Below the pieces are notes generated by a model. The model worked only from the letters and a program-made list of their open reading frames with translations, was not told the origin of the DNA and searched no databases. The translations under genes and the position numbers were made by a program. From positions 1 to 64,000 of the IMG/VR virus record IMGVR_UViG_3300029985_000017: a stretch of DNA of 64,000 nt; one strand, written 5' to 3'. This document shows, piece after piece, positions 45,076-54,343 of the stretch (positions are counted from its first letter, which is position 1; each line of letters opens with the position of its first letter). The DNA comes from a virus.

Positions 45076-45561
45076 ATGCCACAATCTCAAACACTTACTG
45101 GAGCAAGATGCCAGCTCTATGTCCCAAACAATGTGGGAACTCTGGTTTTAGCCGGTGTCTATGAAACGGTTTCTAAGAACGTTTCATTGGGAACTGAAGG
45201 GATCTGGACTTTAGGTCAGTATTCTGCTCATGAAGTTGCAATCACTAGTTATGAACTGGTTTCATTAAATTGCAGTGGATTCAGAGTTCTTGACTTCGGT
45301 GTGACACAAATGGGTAATTTTCCTACTCTAGCAGATCTTTTGAACTATAATAGCGTAGTTCTTAAAGTTGTCGATAGACAAAGTGGAAAAACTATTTTGG
45401 TCGTAACGGGTTGCGTTCCAAATGCGAACACGGAAAATACCAACGTAAAAGCAACCTCAAAGATTTCAATTTCTTATGTAGGCATTGCAGCATTTTCGGA
45501 AAATGAAGTCGATCCTTCTGGAAATCCAACGGATGGCGAAGGTACCCCGTCTTGGCCATAA
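45076..45561 (+). CDS. tail tube protein
   Basis: Follows sheath; TGAR, LG.Y...E, VVDRQSG....V.GC; terminator follows. Confidence 0.82.
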   Translation: MPQSQTLTGARCQLYVPNNVGTLVLAGVYETVSKNVSLGTEGIWTLGQYSAHEVAITSYELVSLNCSGFRVLDFGVTQMGNFPTLADLLNYNSVVLKVVDRQSGKTILVVTGCVPNANTENTNVKATSKISISYVGIAAFSENEVDPSGNPTDGEGTPSWP

Positions 45562-45587
45562 GTTTTTAATAATAATCAATAATATTG

Positions 45588-45620
45588 AGGGCTCCCAGTT
45601 TTCTGGGGGCCTTTTTTATT
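45588..45620 (+). terminator. rho-independent terminator
   Basis: GGCTCCCAG/CTGGGGGCC plus T-run. Confidence 0.85.
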
Positions 45621-45622
45621 TA

Positions 45623-45631
45623 TGATATATA
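45623..45631 (+). promoter_or_regulatory. extended -10 promoter, leaderless start of terminase
   Basis: TG.TATATA with TG 15 nt before ATG; no SD. Confidence 0.6.
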
Positions 45632-45637
45632 CTATAT

Positions 45638-47494
45638 ATGGACTTTGCCCTATTACCAGAAGATAAAAAAATTGAATTAGCAAAGTTAATGCTAACCCCC
45701 CTTAATTCTGCCTTGGAAATTAAGGATTGGGCGAAATTTTTTTTAGATCTTGAAATTCCAACCGAAAATACTGATCCAGAATCTACATCTAATCCATTAG
45801 ATGCTGCTTGGTATATTTATGAAACTTTTAAGCATAATTTAGGTAATCAAAGACCTGGCGCTATCATGATCTCTTGTCGTGAAGGCCTCAAGACTATTAT
45901 TGTTACTATATTAGAACTTTTATTGCTTATTCATTTTCAGCTAGAAATTGGACATGCTGCTGCCATTGAATCTCAGTCCTCAATTGCTCTTGGTTATATC
46001 GAAGGTTTTAAATTTAAAATCGAACCATTATTAGTAGCAATAGGTTGGATATCCCATTCTAATAATAAACGAGTTATCAAGTTCAAAACGCCTCAGGGAA
46101 AAACCCCTTTTATTAAAGTTGTAATATGTAATTCAAAAGGCATGAATGGTTTACATTCCAATGTTTTATTTTTGGATGAACTCGATCTTGCTGACAAAGC
46201 AGCTCTAAAAGAAGGTATGAATATTACTGGATTTTCTAGAGGCATTTATGGCATGATGGTTATGGTCTCCAGCTATAAATACTCATTTGGTAATGTTGCT
46301 GAAGCTATAGAAAAAGCAGATGAAATGAATTACAAGATCCTTAAATGGAATCTTATGGATTTAGCAGAGAGGTGCCCTTCTCAACGTCATAAACCAGATG
46401 GCCCAAAACAAGATATGTATGTAACTAAATCCTTACCTCTTAAGAATTTAACCGTACAAGAGTACGCGGGATTACCTGAAATTGAAAAAAGTAAATATGA
46501 TCTTATTGAACAAGCTTATGAGGGTTGTGTTAAATGTCCATTATTGCCTTTATGTAAAAAAAGACTAGCAGCTAAAGATGCATCAGCTACAGGTGGTTTT
46601 TATAAACCAATTTCCTCTGTTATTCAAAAATTTAGAGAGAATGATCCAGATATAGCTGAATCACAGCTTTTATGCCGTAGACCTGGCAGTGAAGGGTTAG
46701 TGTATCCTAGATTTAGTAAAACCGGCAATGTAATTTCTGTAAAAGAAGCCTATGAAACTTTGATAGGACCTACTAAATATAACAATGTTAGCGAAGCAAC
46801 TTTACTACATCAATTACAGGAATCTGGTGTAGAATTCTACGCCGGGGTTGATTTTGGTTTTACTCATGATTTTGTAATTTTAATTGCTGCCAAAATTCCT
46901 AATGGAGACTGGTGGCTAATGGAAACATATTCTTGCCCTGGCTTAGAATTTGATGATATGCTTGAAACTGCAAAAACTTTTAGAGATAAATATAATCCAG
47001 TTAAATGGTTTTGTGATACTGCTATGCCAGCCTATATTAAGTCATTTAATAAAAATGGCATGCGTTGTGCAGACTTCAAAAAAGATGTTTTGGGTGGGAT
47101 TGCAGCGGTTAGATCTAAGATTGTTAATTCTGCAGGTAAAAGGACTCTTAAGATTATCCAGAATGAAAGTAACAAAAGAACAATTGAGTCTATCGCCAAA
47201 CACCGGTTTTTATTGGATGGCCAAGGCAATGTTACTCCTCAACCTGCAGATGAACCAAGTATTGCCGATAAATGCGATGCCTTGAGATATTTGGGCCAAA
47301 ATCTTTGGCATGTTAAAGGAACCTATAAAGCTATGGTTGAATATACTGACGATCCCGCTAAAGTAGGTATGCCTAAAACAAATTCGAATAACATCAATGA
47401 ACAAATGCGTAACGAGATTGCTAAAAGAATCGCCGGTTCCTCCACCTATATCGGGACTTCTAAGAAGAAGGGCGGATTTCATTTCTCTCAATAA
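45638..47494 (+). CDS. terL: terminase large subunit
   Basis: Variant Walker A CREGLKT, Walker B LFLDE, nuclease GVDFGF...CD...D.CDALRY. Confidence 0.85.
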   Translation: MDFALLPEDKKIELAKLMLTPLNSALEIKDWAKFFLDLEIPTENTDPESTSNPLDAAWYIYETFKHNLGNQRPGAIMISCREGLKTIIVTILELLLLIHFQLEIGHAAAIESQSSIALGYIEGFKFKIEPLLVAIGWISHSNNKRVIKFKTPQGKTPFIKVVICNSKGMNGLHSNVLFLDELDLADKAALKEGMNITGFSRGIYGMMVMVSSYKYSFGNVAEAIEKADEMNYKILKWNLMDLAERCPSQRHKPDGPKQDMYVTKSLPLKNLTVQEYAGLPEIEKSKYDLIEQAYEGCVKCPLLPLCKKRLAAKDASATGGFYKPISSVIQKFRENDPDIAESQLLCRRPGSEGLVYPRFSKTGNVISVKEAYETLIGPTKYNNVSEATLLHQLQESGVEFYAGVDFGFTHDFVILIAAKIPNGDWWLMETYSCPGLEFDDMLETAKTFRDKYNPVKWFCDTAMPAYIKSFNKNGMRCADFKKDVLGGIAAVRSKIVNSAGKRTLKIIQNESNKRTIESIAKHRFLLDGQGNVTPQPADEPSIADKCDALRYLGQNLWHVKGTYKAMVEYTDDPAKVGMPKTNSNNINEQMRNEIAKRIAGSSTYIGTSKKKGGFHFSQ

Positions 47495-47529
47495 TAACAA
47501 TTACTTATCTTATAAATTTTTAAAAGATG

Positions 47530-47537
47530 AATCTTTA
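47530..47537 (+). promoter_or_regulatory. late promoter motif AATCTTTA
   Basis: Recurrent motif. Confidence 0.7.
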
Positions 47538-47557
47538 TGTAATCAGGAGCGGAATCA

Positions 47558-48502
47558 ATGGCTACCCTTAAAACCCTAGTTTTTCTACAAGCTTATCAAA
47601 ATTCTCTCTCATCTGCCAGTCCAAATAGAAACAGTTTTAAATGGGCAAGAGAGATGGAAGCTCCTATTAATAACGCTACCTCTGAGACGTTCCAGGTTGC
47701 TCCAGGAGCCACGCAAAGCCTATTTAGCGGTTCTATATCTTTAACTCAAGATGGTACAACCCAGTATAGCCTAGCGCCTGTGCCGTTTACCACAACCTTC
47801 TATCAGCTGACCAATGTGGGCGGTACCGCTTCTGGTTTTAGGACACTAAGAGCTATCGGAGCAAACGCTACTACCCAGGTTACGACTACTATTAATGGCC
47901 CATTGCTTACCTATACCTTTACTGGCGGAACTCTTCCCAACTTGTCTTCAGTAATTCCAGGCGACAATGTTCTAATTGGAAATGCTTTTGCTGCCCAAAA
48001 TCAAGGTATTCAGCAGATTGTCTCAGTTACTTCTAACAGTTTTTCCGTAGTTAATTCGACTGGTTATGCTCAAGGACCAATCACCTTAGGCTCTAGTTAT
48101 GCAACCCAACTTCGCATTTTTAGTGGCACGGGAACTCAAATTGGGGATACTTTACAGATTTCAGGTGGATTCAGTCCAATTTCGCAGAACTCATATTTGA
48201 TTACACAAGTTACCGATTTTTATGTACAATTTTCTTATTTAGGCGCCTTACCTACAGAAGGGCCTATTACTACTGAAGCTATAGCTGTTTATTCTTCAGC
48301 TAAATCAATGATTTACCTTGAATGCGATCAAAATACTACCCTATTAATTAATGGGGCTGATATTGGTCCTCAAGTTACCCCAGTGTTTACGATTGGGAAA
48401 ACCTTCCCAGGACTATTTTTACTTAATTCGGTAGTTTATAGTCTATCAGTGATAAATAATTCAATTTCAACAGCTAACATCACACTTTTATCGTCTGAAT
48501 GA
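47558..48502 (+). CDS. virion structural protein
   Basis: Thr/Ser/Gly beta-rich, own late motif and AGGAG. Confidence 0.65.
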   Translation: MATLKTLVFLQAYQNSLSSASPNRNSFKWAREMEAPINNATSETFQVAPGATQSLFSGSISLTQDGTTQYSLAPVPFTTTFYQLTNVGGTASGFRTLRAIGANATTQVTTTINGPLLTYTFTGGTLPNLSSVIPGDNVLIGNAFAAQNQGIQQIVSVTSNSFSVVNSTGYAQGPITLGSSYATQLRIFSGTGTQIGDTLQISGGFSPISQNSYLITQVTDFYVQFSYLGALPTEGPITTEAIAVYSSAKSMIYLECDQNTTLLINGADIGPQVTPVFTIGKTFPGLFLLNSVVYSLSVINNSISTANITLLSSE

Positions 48503-48516
48503 TATAAAGAGTATAT

Positions 48517-50364
48517 ATGAGTGATGAAAAGAAAAGCAAGATAAGCCTTAGCTTTGGTGACAGTGATGACGACACTCTTGAAAAATCCGGGCTTTCAGCT
48601 TTAGAGAGCGCCTTAAATAAGATTATTGATACTGGTGATACTTTAGCTAAAGGTGAAACTCCTCTTCAAAAGCTTATTAAGCAAACTACGGGTGAAGCTA
48701 AGAAAAAAGCGCCCGCTCTATCATTCTCTGAACTTCCAGCTCCCCAAGCCAATTTTTTAGGATTGTTTAAGCCTAGGATTAGGCTACTTCCTCCAGAACT
48801 CATCAAGACTATTCGTATTACTGACCATCTTGTAGCTGCGATCTTAAGAACTCGCGGCAACATCATGAAACTTTACGGTCATCTTAAAAAAGATCGTTTT
48901 GATGTTGGTCTTGAAATTGAGATCAAGCCTGAAATCTTAAAAGTTTTGACCCCCGAACAATATGGGAAGGTTACTGAAAGAATTAAGCGTCTTGAAAAAC
49001 TATTACTTAATTGTGGCCATGATGAAGGACTAGAACAGCAAGATCGTATGACTCTTGCCGATTTCATGAGTATTCAAACTATAAACGGACTATCATTTGC
49101 TTCTCATGGCACAGAAATTATTTATGACCGTTCCGGTGAACCTGATTCTCGTGGCAACTATCCATTTCATAGATTTAGGCCAGTAGATATTGCTACCATC
49201 TATCGCGCAGTTCGTAGGGGCGAACAAGTCGGTTCAAATCTAAGAGAATTAGCCTTGAAAGCTTTAGAGGCGATGGAAGGCCATCACTTTGATATTGATA
49301 TCTGTAAATTAAGGGAAGATAAGTACGCATGGTTGCAAGTTATTGAGATGCAGCCAAAACAAGCTTTTACACATGATGAAATGCTTGTTTATAATCTTTT
49401 TCCATCAACCGATATTGAGCACAATGGATATCCTGTTAGCCCTTTAGACACTTGTGTTAATTGTGTTACCACACATATATCTATTGAGGCCTATTGGAAG
49501 ACTTATTTTAGTAATGGTAAATCTGCTAAAGGCATGCTTGTTATCAAGAGCGATGAAGTTGATCAGCAGATGCTTGACGCTATTAAAATGCAATTCAATG
49601 CATCTATTAATTCAGTATCCAATGCGTTTAGAACCCCAATTTTTGGTATTGCAAAAGAAGATGATGTACAATGGACTTCTACTCAAGATAAACTTGAGAA
49701 TGGCGAGTTCAATTTTACTTATGACCAAGTAGCTAGAAATATTCTCTCGGCTTTTGGTGTTTCCCCAGACGAAATTCCCGGATATGGACACCTCAGCAAG
49801 GGGACAAATTCACAAACTTTATCTGAATCTAATAACGAATTTAAGATGACTGCCGCTAGGGATTCTGGACTTCGTCCTTTGATCCTAAGTTGGCAGACAT
49901 GGTTTAATCAGCGTTTATTGCCAATTATTGATAACGAACTTTCTCAAATGGTCGAAGTTAGGTTGTCTGGTTTGGATTCCCAATCTAAAGAACAGGAATC
50001 GGCTCGTTTACAACAAGACTCCGCACTTTTTCATACCTATGATTCTTTGCTAGCAGAAGTCGATGAAGATGGCCCAGGCAAAGCTTTTGGTGGTGAAGTT
50101 CCCTTTAATGAACGTTATCGTCAAGTTTTAGATTTCTACTCTAAAGTTGGAGAAGTTAGATCTAAATTCTTTGGAGATCCTGCTGGTTTAATCGATCCAC
50201 TTCTTCAATTTCAAAGAGATCCTTTTTCGCTTCAATATCTTCAACTTTTGATGCAAATTAATCCAACAGCTTTGAAAGCACAAGCAGCAGCAAAGGCACA
50301 CAATTTGAAATTCTTAAAAATGGCTATCCAAGATCTATTAGATGACGATGGTACCGAGGAGTAA
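48517..50364 (+). CDS. portal protein
   Basis: F.PVD.ATI, GYPVSPL, YFSNG....G.L, I..AFGVSPDEI, D.GLRPL. Confidence 0.9.
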   Translation: MSDEKKSKISLSFGDSDDDTLEKSGLSALESALNKIIDTGDTLAKGETPLQKLIKQTTGEAKKKAPALSFSELPAPQANFLGLFKPRIRLLPPELIKTIRITDHLVAAILRTRGNIMKLYGHLKKDRFDVGLEIEIKPEILKVLTPEQYGKVTERIKRLEKLLLNCGHDEGLEQQDRMTLADFMSIQTINGLSFASHGTEIIYDRSGEPDSRGNYPFHRFRPVDIATIYRAVRRGEQVGSNLRELALKALEAMEGHHFDIDICKLREDKYAWLQVIEMQPKQAFTHDEMLVYNLFPSTDIEHNGYPVSPLDTCVNCVTTHISIEAYWKTYFSNGKSAKGMLVIKSDEVDQQMLDAIKMQFNASINSVSNAFRTPIFGIAKEDDVQWTSTQDKLENGEFNFTYDQVARNILSAFGVSPDEIPGYGHLSKGTNSQTLSESNNEFKMTAARDSGLRPLILSWQTWFNQRLLPIIDNELSQMVEVRLSGLDSQSKEQESARLQQDSALFHTYDSLLAEVDEDGPGKAFGGEVPFNERYRQVLDFYSKVGEVRSKFFGDPAGLIDPLLQFQRDPFSLQYLQLLMQINPTALKAQAAAKAHNLKFLKMAIQDLLDDDGTEE

Positions 50365-50367
50365 TAT

Positions 50368-50988
50368 ATGGCCGGTCGTGTAGATTATAAACAAAAATAT
50401 GAAGAACTTAAAAGCATCTTTATGTCCAGTGTAGATAGCGCATGGCGTGATGGGTATCAACATGGAGCCCAAGATGCTCAAATGGAACAGGCACAACAAC
50501 AGCAACAACAAGCCGATGCCATGGCTCAAGCTCAGTCAGGACAACCTCAACCCAGCGAAGAAGCGGCTCCAGGTGAAGAAGCTTCTGGTCAAGAACAACC
50601 ACAAACTCCAAATTCTCAGAATCCCAATGGTGACGAACTTGATCAACATATTCAAAAATTAGAAGGTATGCTTGGTAAGTCGGAAATCTCTTCCTTGGAA
50701 CTACAAGATCTTAAAAAGACCCTTTCTGATATTCGCAGCCTTCAGGTCCAGATTAACCTAACCAAATCAATGGAGAGCATCAAGAAAACTAAATTGGGTG
50801 GTTTGAATAAGTCTTTAAACTTTAGTCCCAAAACTAAAGCTAATTTGCCAGAAATTGCCAAAAAAACTCTTACACTTCAAGAAAAAATAGTTAATGATGT
50901 TTTTAGTAAATGGGCATCAGATGAGGCCAAAGCCTCTAGTGATATACATAGTGCATTGAACATTGAAAATATTACTAAAAAGGACTAA
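50368..50988 (+). CDS. head-associated protein, Gln/Pro-rich
   Basis: Follows portal; LGKSE, LTKS, LNKS. Confidence 0.65.
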   Translation: MAGRVDYKQKYEELKSIFMSSVDSAWRDGYQHGAQDAQMEQAQQQQQQADAMAQAQSGQPQPSEEAAPGEEASGQEQPQTPNSQNPNGDELDQHIQKLEGMLGKSEISSLELQDLKKTLSDIRSLQVQINLTKSMESIKKTKLGGLNKSLNFSPKTKANLPEIAKKTLTLQEKIVNDVFSKWASDEAKASSDIHSALNIENITKKD

Positions 50989-50990
50989 TT

Positions 50991-51431
50991 ATGGAAAACA
51001 AAACCATTGAAGCACTTGAAAAATTAATTCAAATTAAAGACGAAACGATTAAAGAACTTGAAAAGCAAATTCAATTACTTAAAAATCAACCTATTCAACA
51101 GCCTATTACAGTTCCATATTATCCGCAACCATTCACCGCACCATGGTACCCTAATCCTATTATCGGTCCTACCACCAACCCTTTTACTAACCCACTTAGT
51201 CCCCCTTATATTATCACTAGTACTGGAACTACAGGCCCAGATACTCCCAATCTATCAATTACTTCAAACCAAGTTCTTCCTCCTGGATCGCAACAATTTA
51301 ATGTGCCCAATATCACTACTTCCGGATACATAGCACCAGCCACTGACATTAATTATGCTAATCAACAGTTTGCAGGACCTCAAGTCACCAATAGCACTAA
51401 TGTAGCTCATCTCTACAAAACTGGATGTTAA
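50991..51431 (+). CDS. coiled-coil plus Pro/Thr-rich hypothetical protein
   Basis: AAGGA RBS. Confidence 0.65.
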   Translation: MENKTIEALEKLIQIKDETIKELEKQIQLLKNQPIQQPITVPYYPQPFTAPWYPNPIIGPTTNPFTNPLSPPYIITSTGTTGPDTPNLSITSNQVLPPGSQQFNVPNITTSGYIAPATDINYANQQFAGPQVTNSTNVAHLYKTGC

Positions 51432-51434
51432 TTC

Positions 51435-52205
51435 ATGTATGGCATCCACACTTCTACCAAAGAACAAATTAATCGAGTAGTTAGCGACTTATTTGACAAG
51501 TCAGCCCTTCGTTTAGTTGGAAGTGTGCCCAAACTTCATAATAAAAGGCATACTCTAATAGGCTTTGAAACTGGTGTAACTTTAGCTAGCCTATTTGTTT
51601 TAGCAATGGGCAATAAGTATCTTAACAATACTGAACAAGATGTACTTAAAGGTATTTTAGAGGGAGCTTATTCTTACATAGATATTCTTAAAAACAAAAC
51701 ATCAAACGATATTACCCAACGCATAGAAGGATTAGCTAGAGAATCCCGTATAAGTGGGGAGAAGATTCCCGAAACTTCGATCAATAAGATCATTCAAGAA
51801 GAGTTGGGAAAAGCCAAATCTGGACTAGAAAGAATTGCAGCTTCAGAAGGCACTAAAACCCGTAATTTTGGCATGCTAATGGATATTACGAGGGCCTCTG
51901 CTACTATTGGCGAAAAAGATCCTATTGTAGGATTTGCTGTAATTAGAGACCATTCCACTTGTGAAAGCTGTATAAAAGTCTGTTTAATGCCAGACAAAGT
52001 TACGCCTAGGCTATTTAGGCTTAGTGAGCTTTCAGCCGGATATTATAAACGCGGAGATACAGTGCCGAGCATTTTAGGACAACATCCTCATTGCAGATGC
52101 ACTATTTTTTATGTTCCTAAGGATTGGGGCTTTGATAAAAAAGGGCATATTACGTTTATTGGTTCTGGACATAATGAGCTAGATAAGCAAAGAGAAGCCG
52201 CTTAA
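51435..52205 (+). CDS. MuF/SPP1 gp7-like head morphogenesis protein
   Basis: RIA.SE, D..TC..C, HPHCRC. Confidence 0.8.
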   Translation: MYGIHTSTKEQINRVVSDLFDKSALRLVGSVPKLHNKRHTLIGFETGVTLASLFVLAMGNKYLNNTEQDVLKGILEGAYSYIDILKNKTSNDITQRIEGLARESRISGEKIPETSINKIIQEELGKAKSGLERIAASEGTKTRNFGMLMDITRASATIGEKDPIVGFAVIRDHSTCESCIKVCLMPDKVTPRLFRLSELSAGYYKRGDTVPSILGQHPHCRCTIFYVPKDWGFDKKGHITFIGSGHNELDKQREAA

Positions 52206-52450
52206 GTCTTATCAATCCACCCAGGTAGCCTCCTGCATCTTTGGCATCTTATAAGGGTAACACCTTCCATACCTATTTGATCTTCCCAAGCCCATTTATG
52301 GGGCGGACAAGCCCTTTCTTCTGGAACCTTTTCTGTTTTTGGTTTATCGCCGTCTATCTTCTTATCTAAATGTCTACCTATAATAGTACCAAAAATAAAA
52401 AGCCATGTCACTACTATAAATCCAATGTAAAAATATAGTTGTTTATCCAT
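52202..52450 (-). CDS. membrane-anchored zinc-finger protein
   Basis: TM helix, CPPHKW...CQRC. Confidence 0.65.
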   Translation of the reverse strand: MDKQLYFYIGFIVVTWLFIFGTIIGRHLDKKIDGDKPKTEKVPEERACPPHKWAWEDQIGMEGVTLIRCQRCRRLPGWIDKT

Positions 52451-52704
52451 TACTTATTCTTTTGTTGTTCAAACCATTCTTTATCGAACATCCCATCTTT
52501 AGCTTCTACCAACCCATCAATAGGGTCAGGCCTGAATTCCATGCCCTTTTTTTGAGCTACTCTAATCGCACTATTAAATTCTTCAACGGCATATGTCATA
52601 CGTCCATGTGCATACCTACGAGCCATCCACCAAATTTCTTGGATAATGTGTTTATATACTGCACAGTCGGGACATTCTTTTTCTACATGCTTCTTTTTAG
52701 CCAT
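52450..52704 (-). CDS. hypothetical protein
   Basis: RRYAHGRMTYA; AAGGAG RBS. Confidence 0.7.
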   Translation of the reverse strand: MAKKKHVEKECPDCAVYKHIIQEIWWMARRYAHGRMTYAVEEFNSAIRVAQKKGMEFRPDPIDGLVEAKDGMFDKEWFEQQKNK

Positions 52705-52713
52705 ATTTTCTCC

Positions 52714-53085
52714 TTATACAAATTCGTGCCATGCTTTTTTACGTCTTTTACCAGCTTTTTTAGCCCTATCATAAAAAAGGCTATATTCTAAAACATTTAT
52801 TTTATTAATTGTTAAAATTTGAGAAGCAAAATAATTAGCTTCATCTTCATTTCTTGTTTTTTTAGACCATACCAACCTATTATTTTTATTTAAAGTAAAT
52901 AGGTGACCGGTTTCATGTACTAATGTAAAATACTTTTCTTTATAAGTCATTTTAGGTTTAATAATAATCATAGCCTTAACGCCGTTTGTTTGGGAACAAT
53001 AACCCCAATAATCATAATCACAAACTTCACATCTTCGATGTCCTAACATTTTGGCAAATTCAATATAAAGATATTTATAATTCAT
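52714..53085 (-). CDS. ImmA/IrrE-like metallopeptidase domain protein
   Basis: FTLVHETGH...E.EAN.FA..IL. Confidence 0.75.
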   Translation of the reverse strand: MNYKYLYIEFAKMLGHRRCEVCDYDYWGYCSQTNGVKAMIIIKPKMTYKEKYFTLVHETGHLFTLNKNNRLVWSKKTRNEDEANYFASQILTINKINVLEYSLFYDRAKKAGKRRKKAWHEFV

Positions 53086-53408
53086 ATTTTATCCCAAGGT
53101 TTCCATTTTTTACAAAAACGCATATGATCGAATTGAAAATTTCTAGAATGCTTTGCACCGCATTCACAATCTTGTTTTTGTACTATAAAAAGATCCTCAA
53201 AGGCTGGCATATAGACATGATAATTAGGATCGTAAGTTGGTATTTCTGCAAAAGTAATATCGTATTCATTGGGACTGATAGAATTATACATTACCCATTC
53301 CCATTTTTTCTTTTTATACATTATAAGTTTATGAAATTTCATGATATCTTCATACCAAGTTATCTGTACTTTGGGTTCTTTTGTACCAAAATTGAGAGTA
53401 AGTACCAT
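53082..53408 (-). CDS. hypothetical protein with C-terminal CECG...H...C motif
   Basis: Same type of motif as 1303-1659. Confidence 0.65.
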   Translation of the reverse strand: MVLTLNFGTKEPKVQITWYEDIMKFHKLIMYKKKKWEWVMYNSISPNEYDITFAEIPTYDPNYHVYMPAFEDLFIVQKQDCECGAKHSRNFQFDHMRFCKKWKPWDKI

Positions 53409-53422
53409 ATTATCTCTAAACC

Positions 53423-53430
53423 AATCTTTA
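53423..53430 (+). promoter_or_regulatory. late promoter motif AATCTTTA
   Basis: Recurrent motif. Confidence 0.7.
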
Positions 53431-53473
53431 TAGTAGATTAAACCTATTAATTTAATAAGTCAAGGAATATTTT

Positions 53474-54097
53474 ATGGCAGACTCTTTTTGGGCTAGTTTA
53501 GCTAAAACCTTATTGGAACTATTTATTAACAAAGAAACTGAGAAAAATGGTGAAGTTGCTCCAACTAGCATAGATATTGCAATACCATTTGATAAACCTA
53601 AGGAAGAAGTTCCTGCACCAGTAGAATCTGCTCCTTCAAATATTCTCGATTGGACAAATCCTCACAGTATGATCTCAAAACATTTTTCTGTTAAAGAAGC
53701 GCTTTGGTTACCTTCTTGGCAGGTACTACATATTCCTTCTGAAGATGAAAAAGCTAATATATTAAAACAAGCTGCTAAAATGGACTTAATCAGAGAGTTT
53801 TTGGGAGTTCCTATAAATATTCATTGTTGGATTCGTCCTGTATTAAATAATCCTGCCTCAGAGCATAACGGACAAGACTATAATGCCCTAGTTAAGGGCG
53901 CAAAGAATTCAGCCCATAAGATAGGATTAGCAACAGATTATGATGCTAAGGGATTGAATTGCGATGATGTTAGGGCTAAACTTGAACCCAAATTAGATGA
54001 ATGGGAACTTAGAATGGAAAAAATGCCGGGTGGGAATTGGGTTCACAATGACTGTGCTCCATTGGCTCCAGGTGGCCATAGGTATTTTATTCCCTAA
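53474..54097 (+). CDS. peptidase M15-family endolysin candidate
   Basis: SKHFS..E, IR..LG.PI.I....R, N..V.GA.NSAH..G.A.D, WVH.D. Confidence 0.85.
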   Translation: MADSFWASLAKTLLELFINKETEKNGEVAPTSIDIAIPFDKPKEEVPAPVESAPSNILDWTNPHSMISKHFSVKEALWLPSWQVLHIPSEDEKANILKQAAKMDLIREFLGVPINIHCWIRPVLNNPASEHNGQDYNALVKGAKNSAHKIGLATDYDAKGLNCDDVRAKLEPKLDEWELRMEKMPGGNWVHNDCAPLAPGGHRYFIP

Positions 54098-54306
54098 GGA
54101 TTTCCACATTCCGCATAGTAGTCCTGAAATCCTAGTTTATAAAACTTTTTAAGGCAAGGTGCGTCTTTATACTCATGGGGACACCTGTCCTGACAATAGT
54201 ACATTTCCATACGATCGTATGGTACCCAAGGCAACTTCGATCTATTGATCATTTTGGTAGGTGGACAAGCAACAGAAAGAATAAAAGCTGCTAAAATTGG
54301 ATCCAT
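54094..54306 (-). CDS. small secreted Cys-rich protein
   Basis: Hydrophobic N-terminus; TTGACT-N16-TAAACT places +1 at ATG 54306. Confidence 0.6.
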   Translation of the reverse strand: MDPILAAFILSVACPPTKMINRSKLPWVPYDRMEMYYCQDRCPHEYKDAPCLKKFYKLGFQDYYAECGNP

Positions 54307-54343
54307 GCACATAGTTTACATGGATCTAATATAAAGTCAACTA

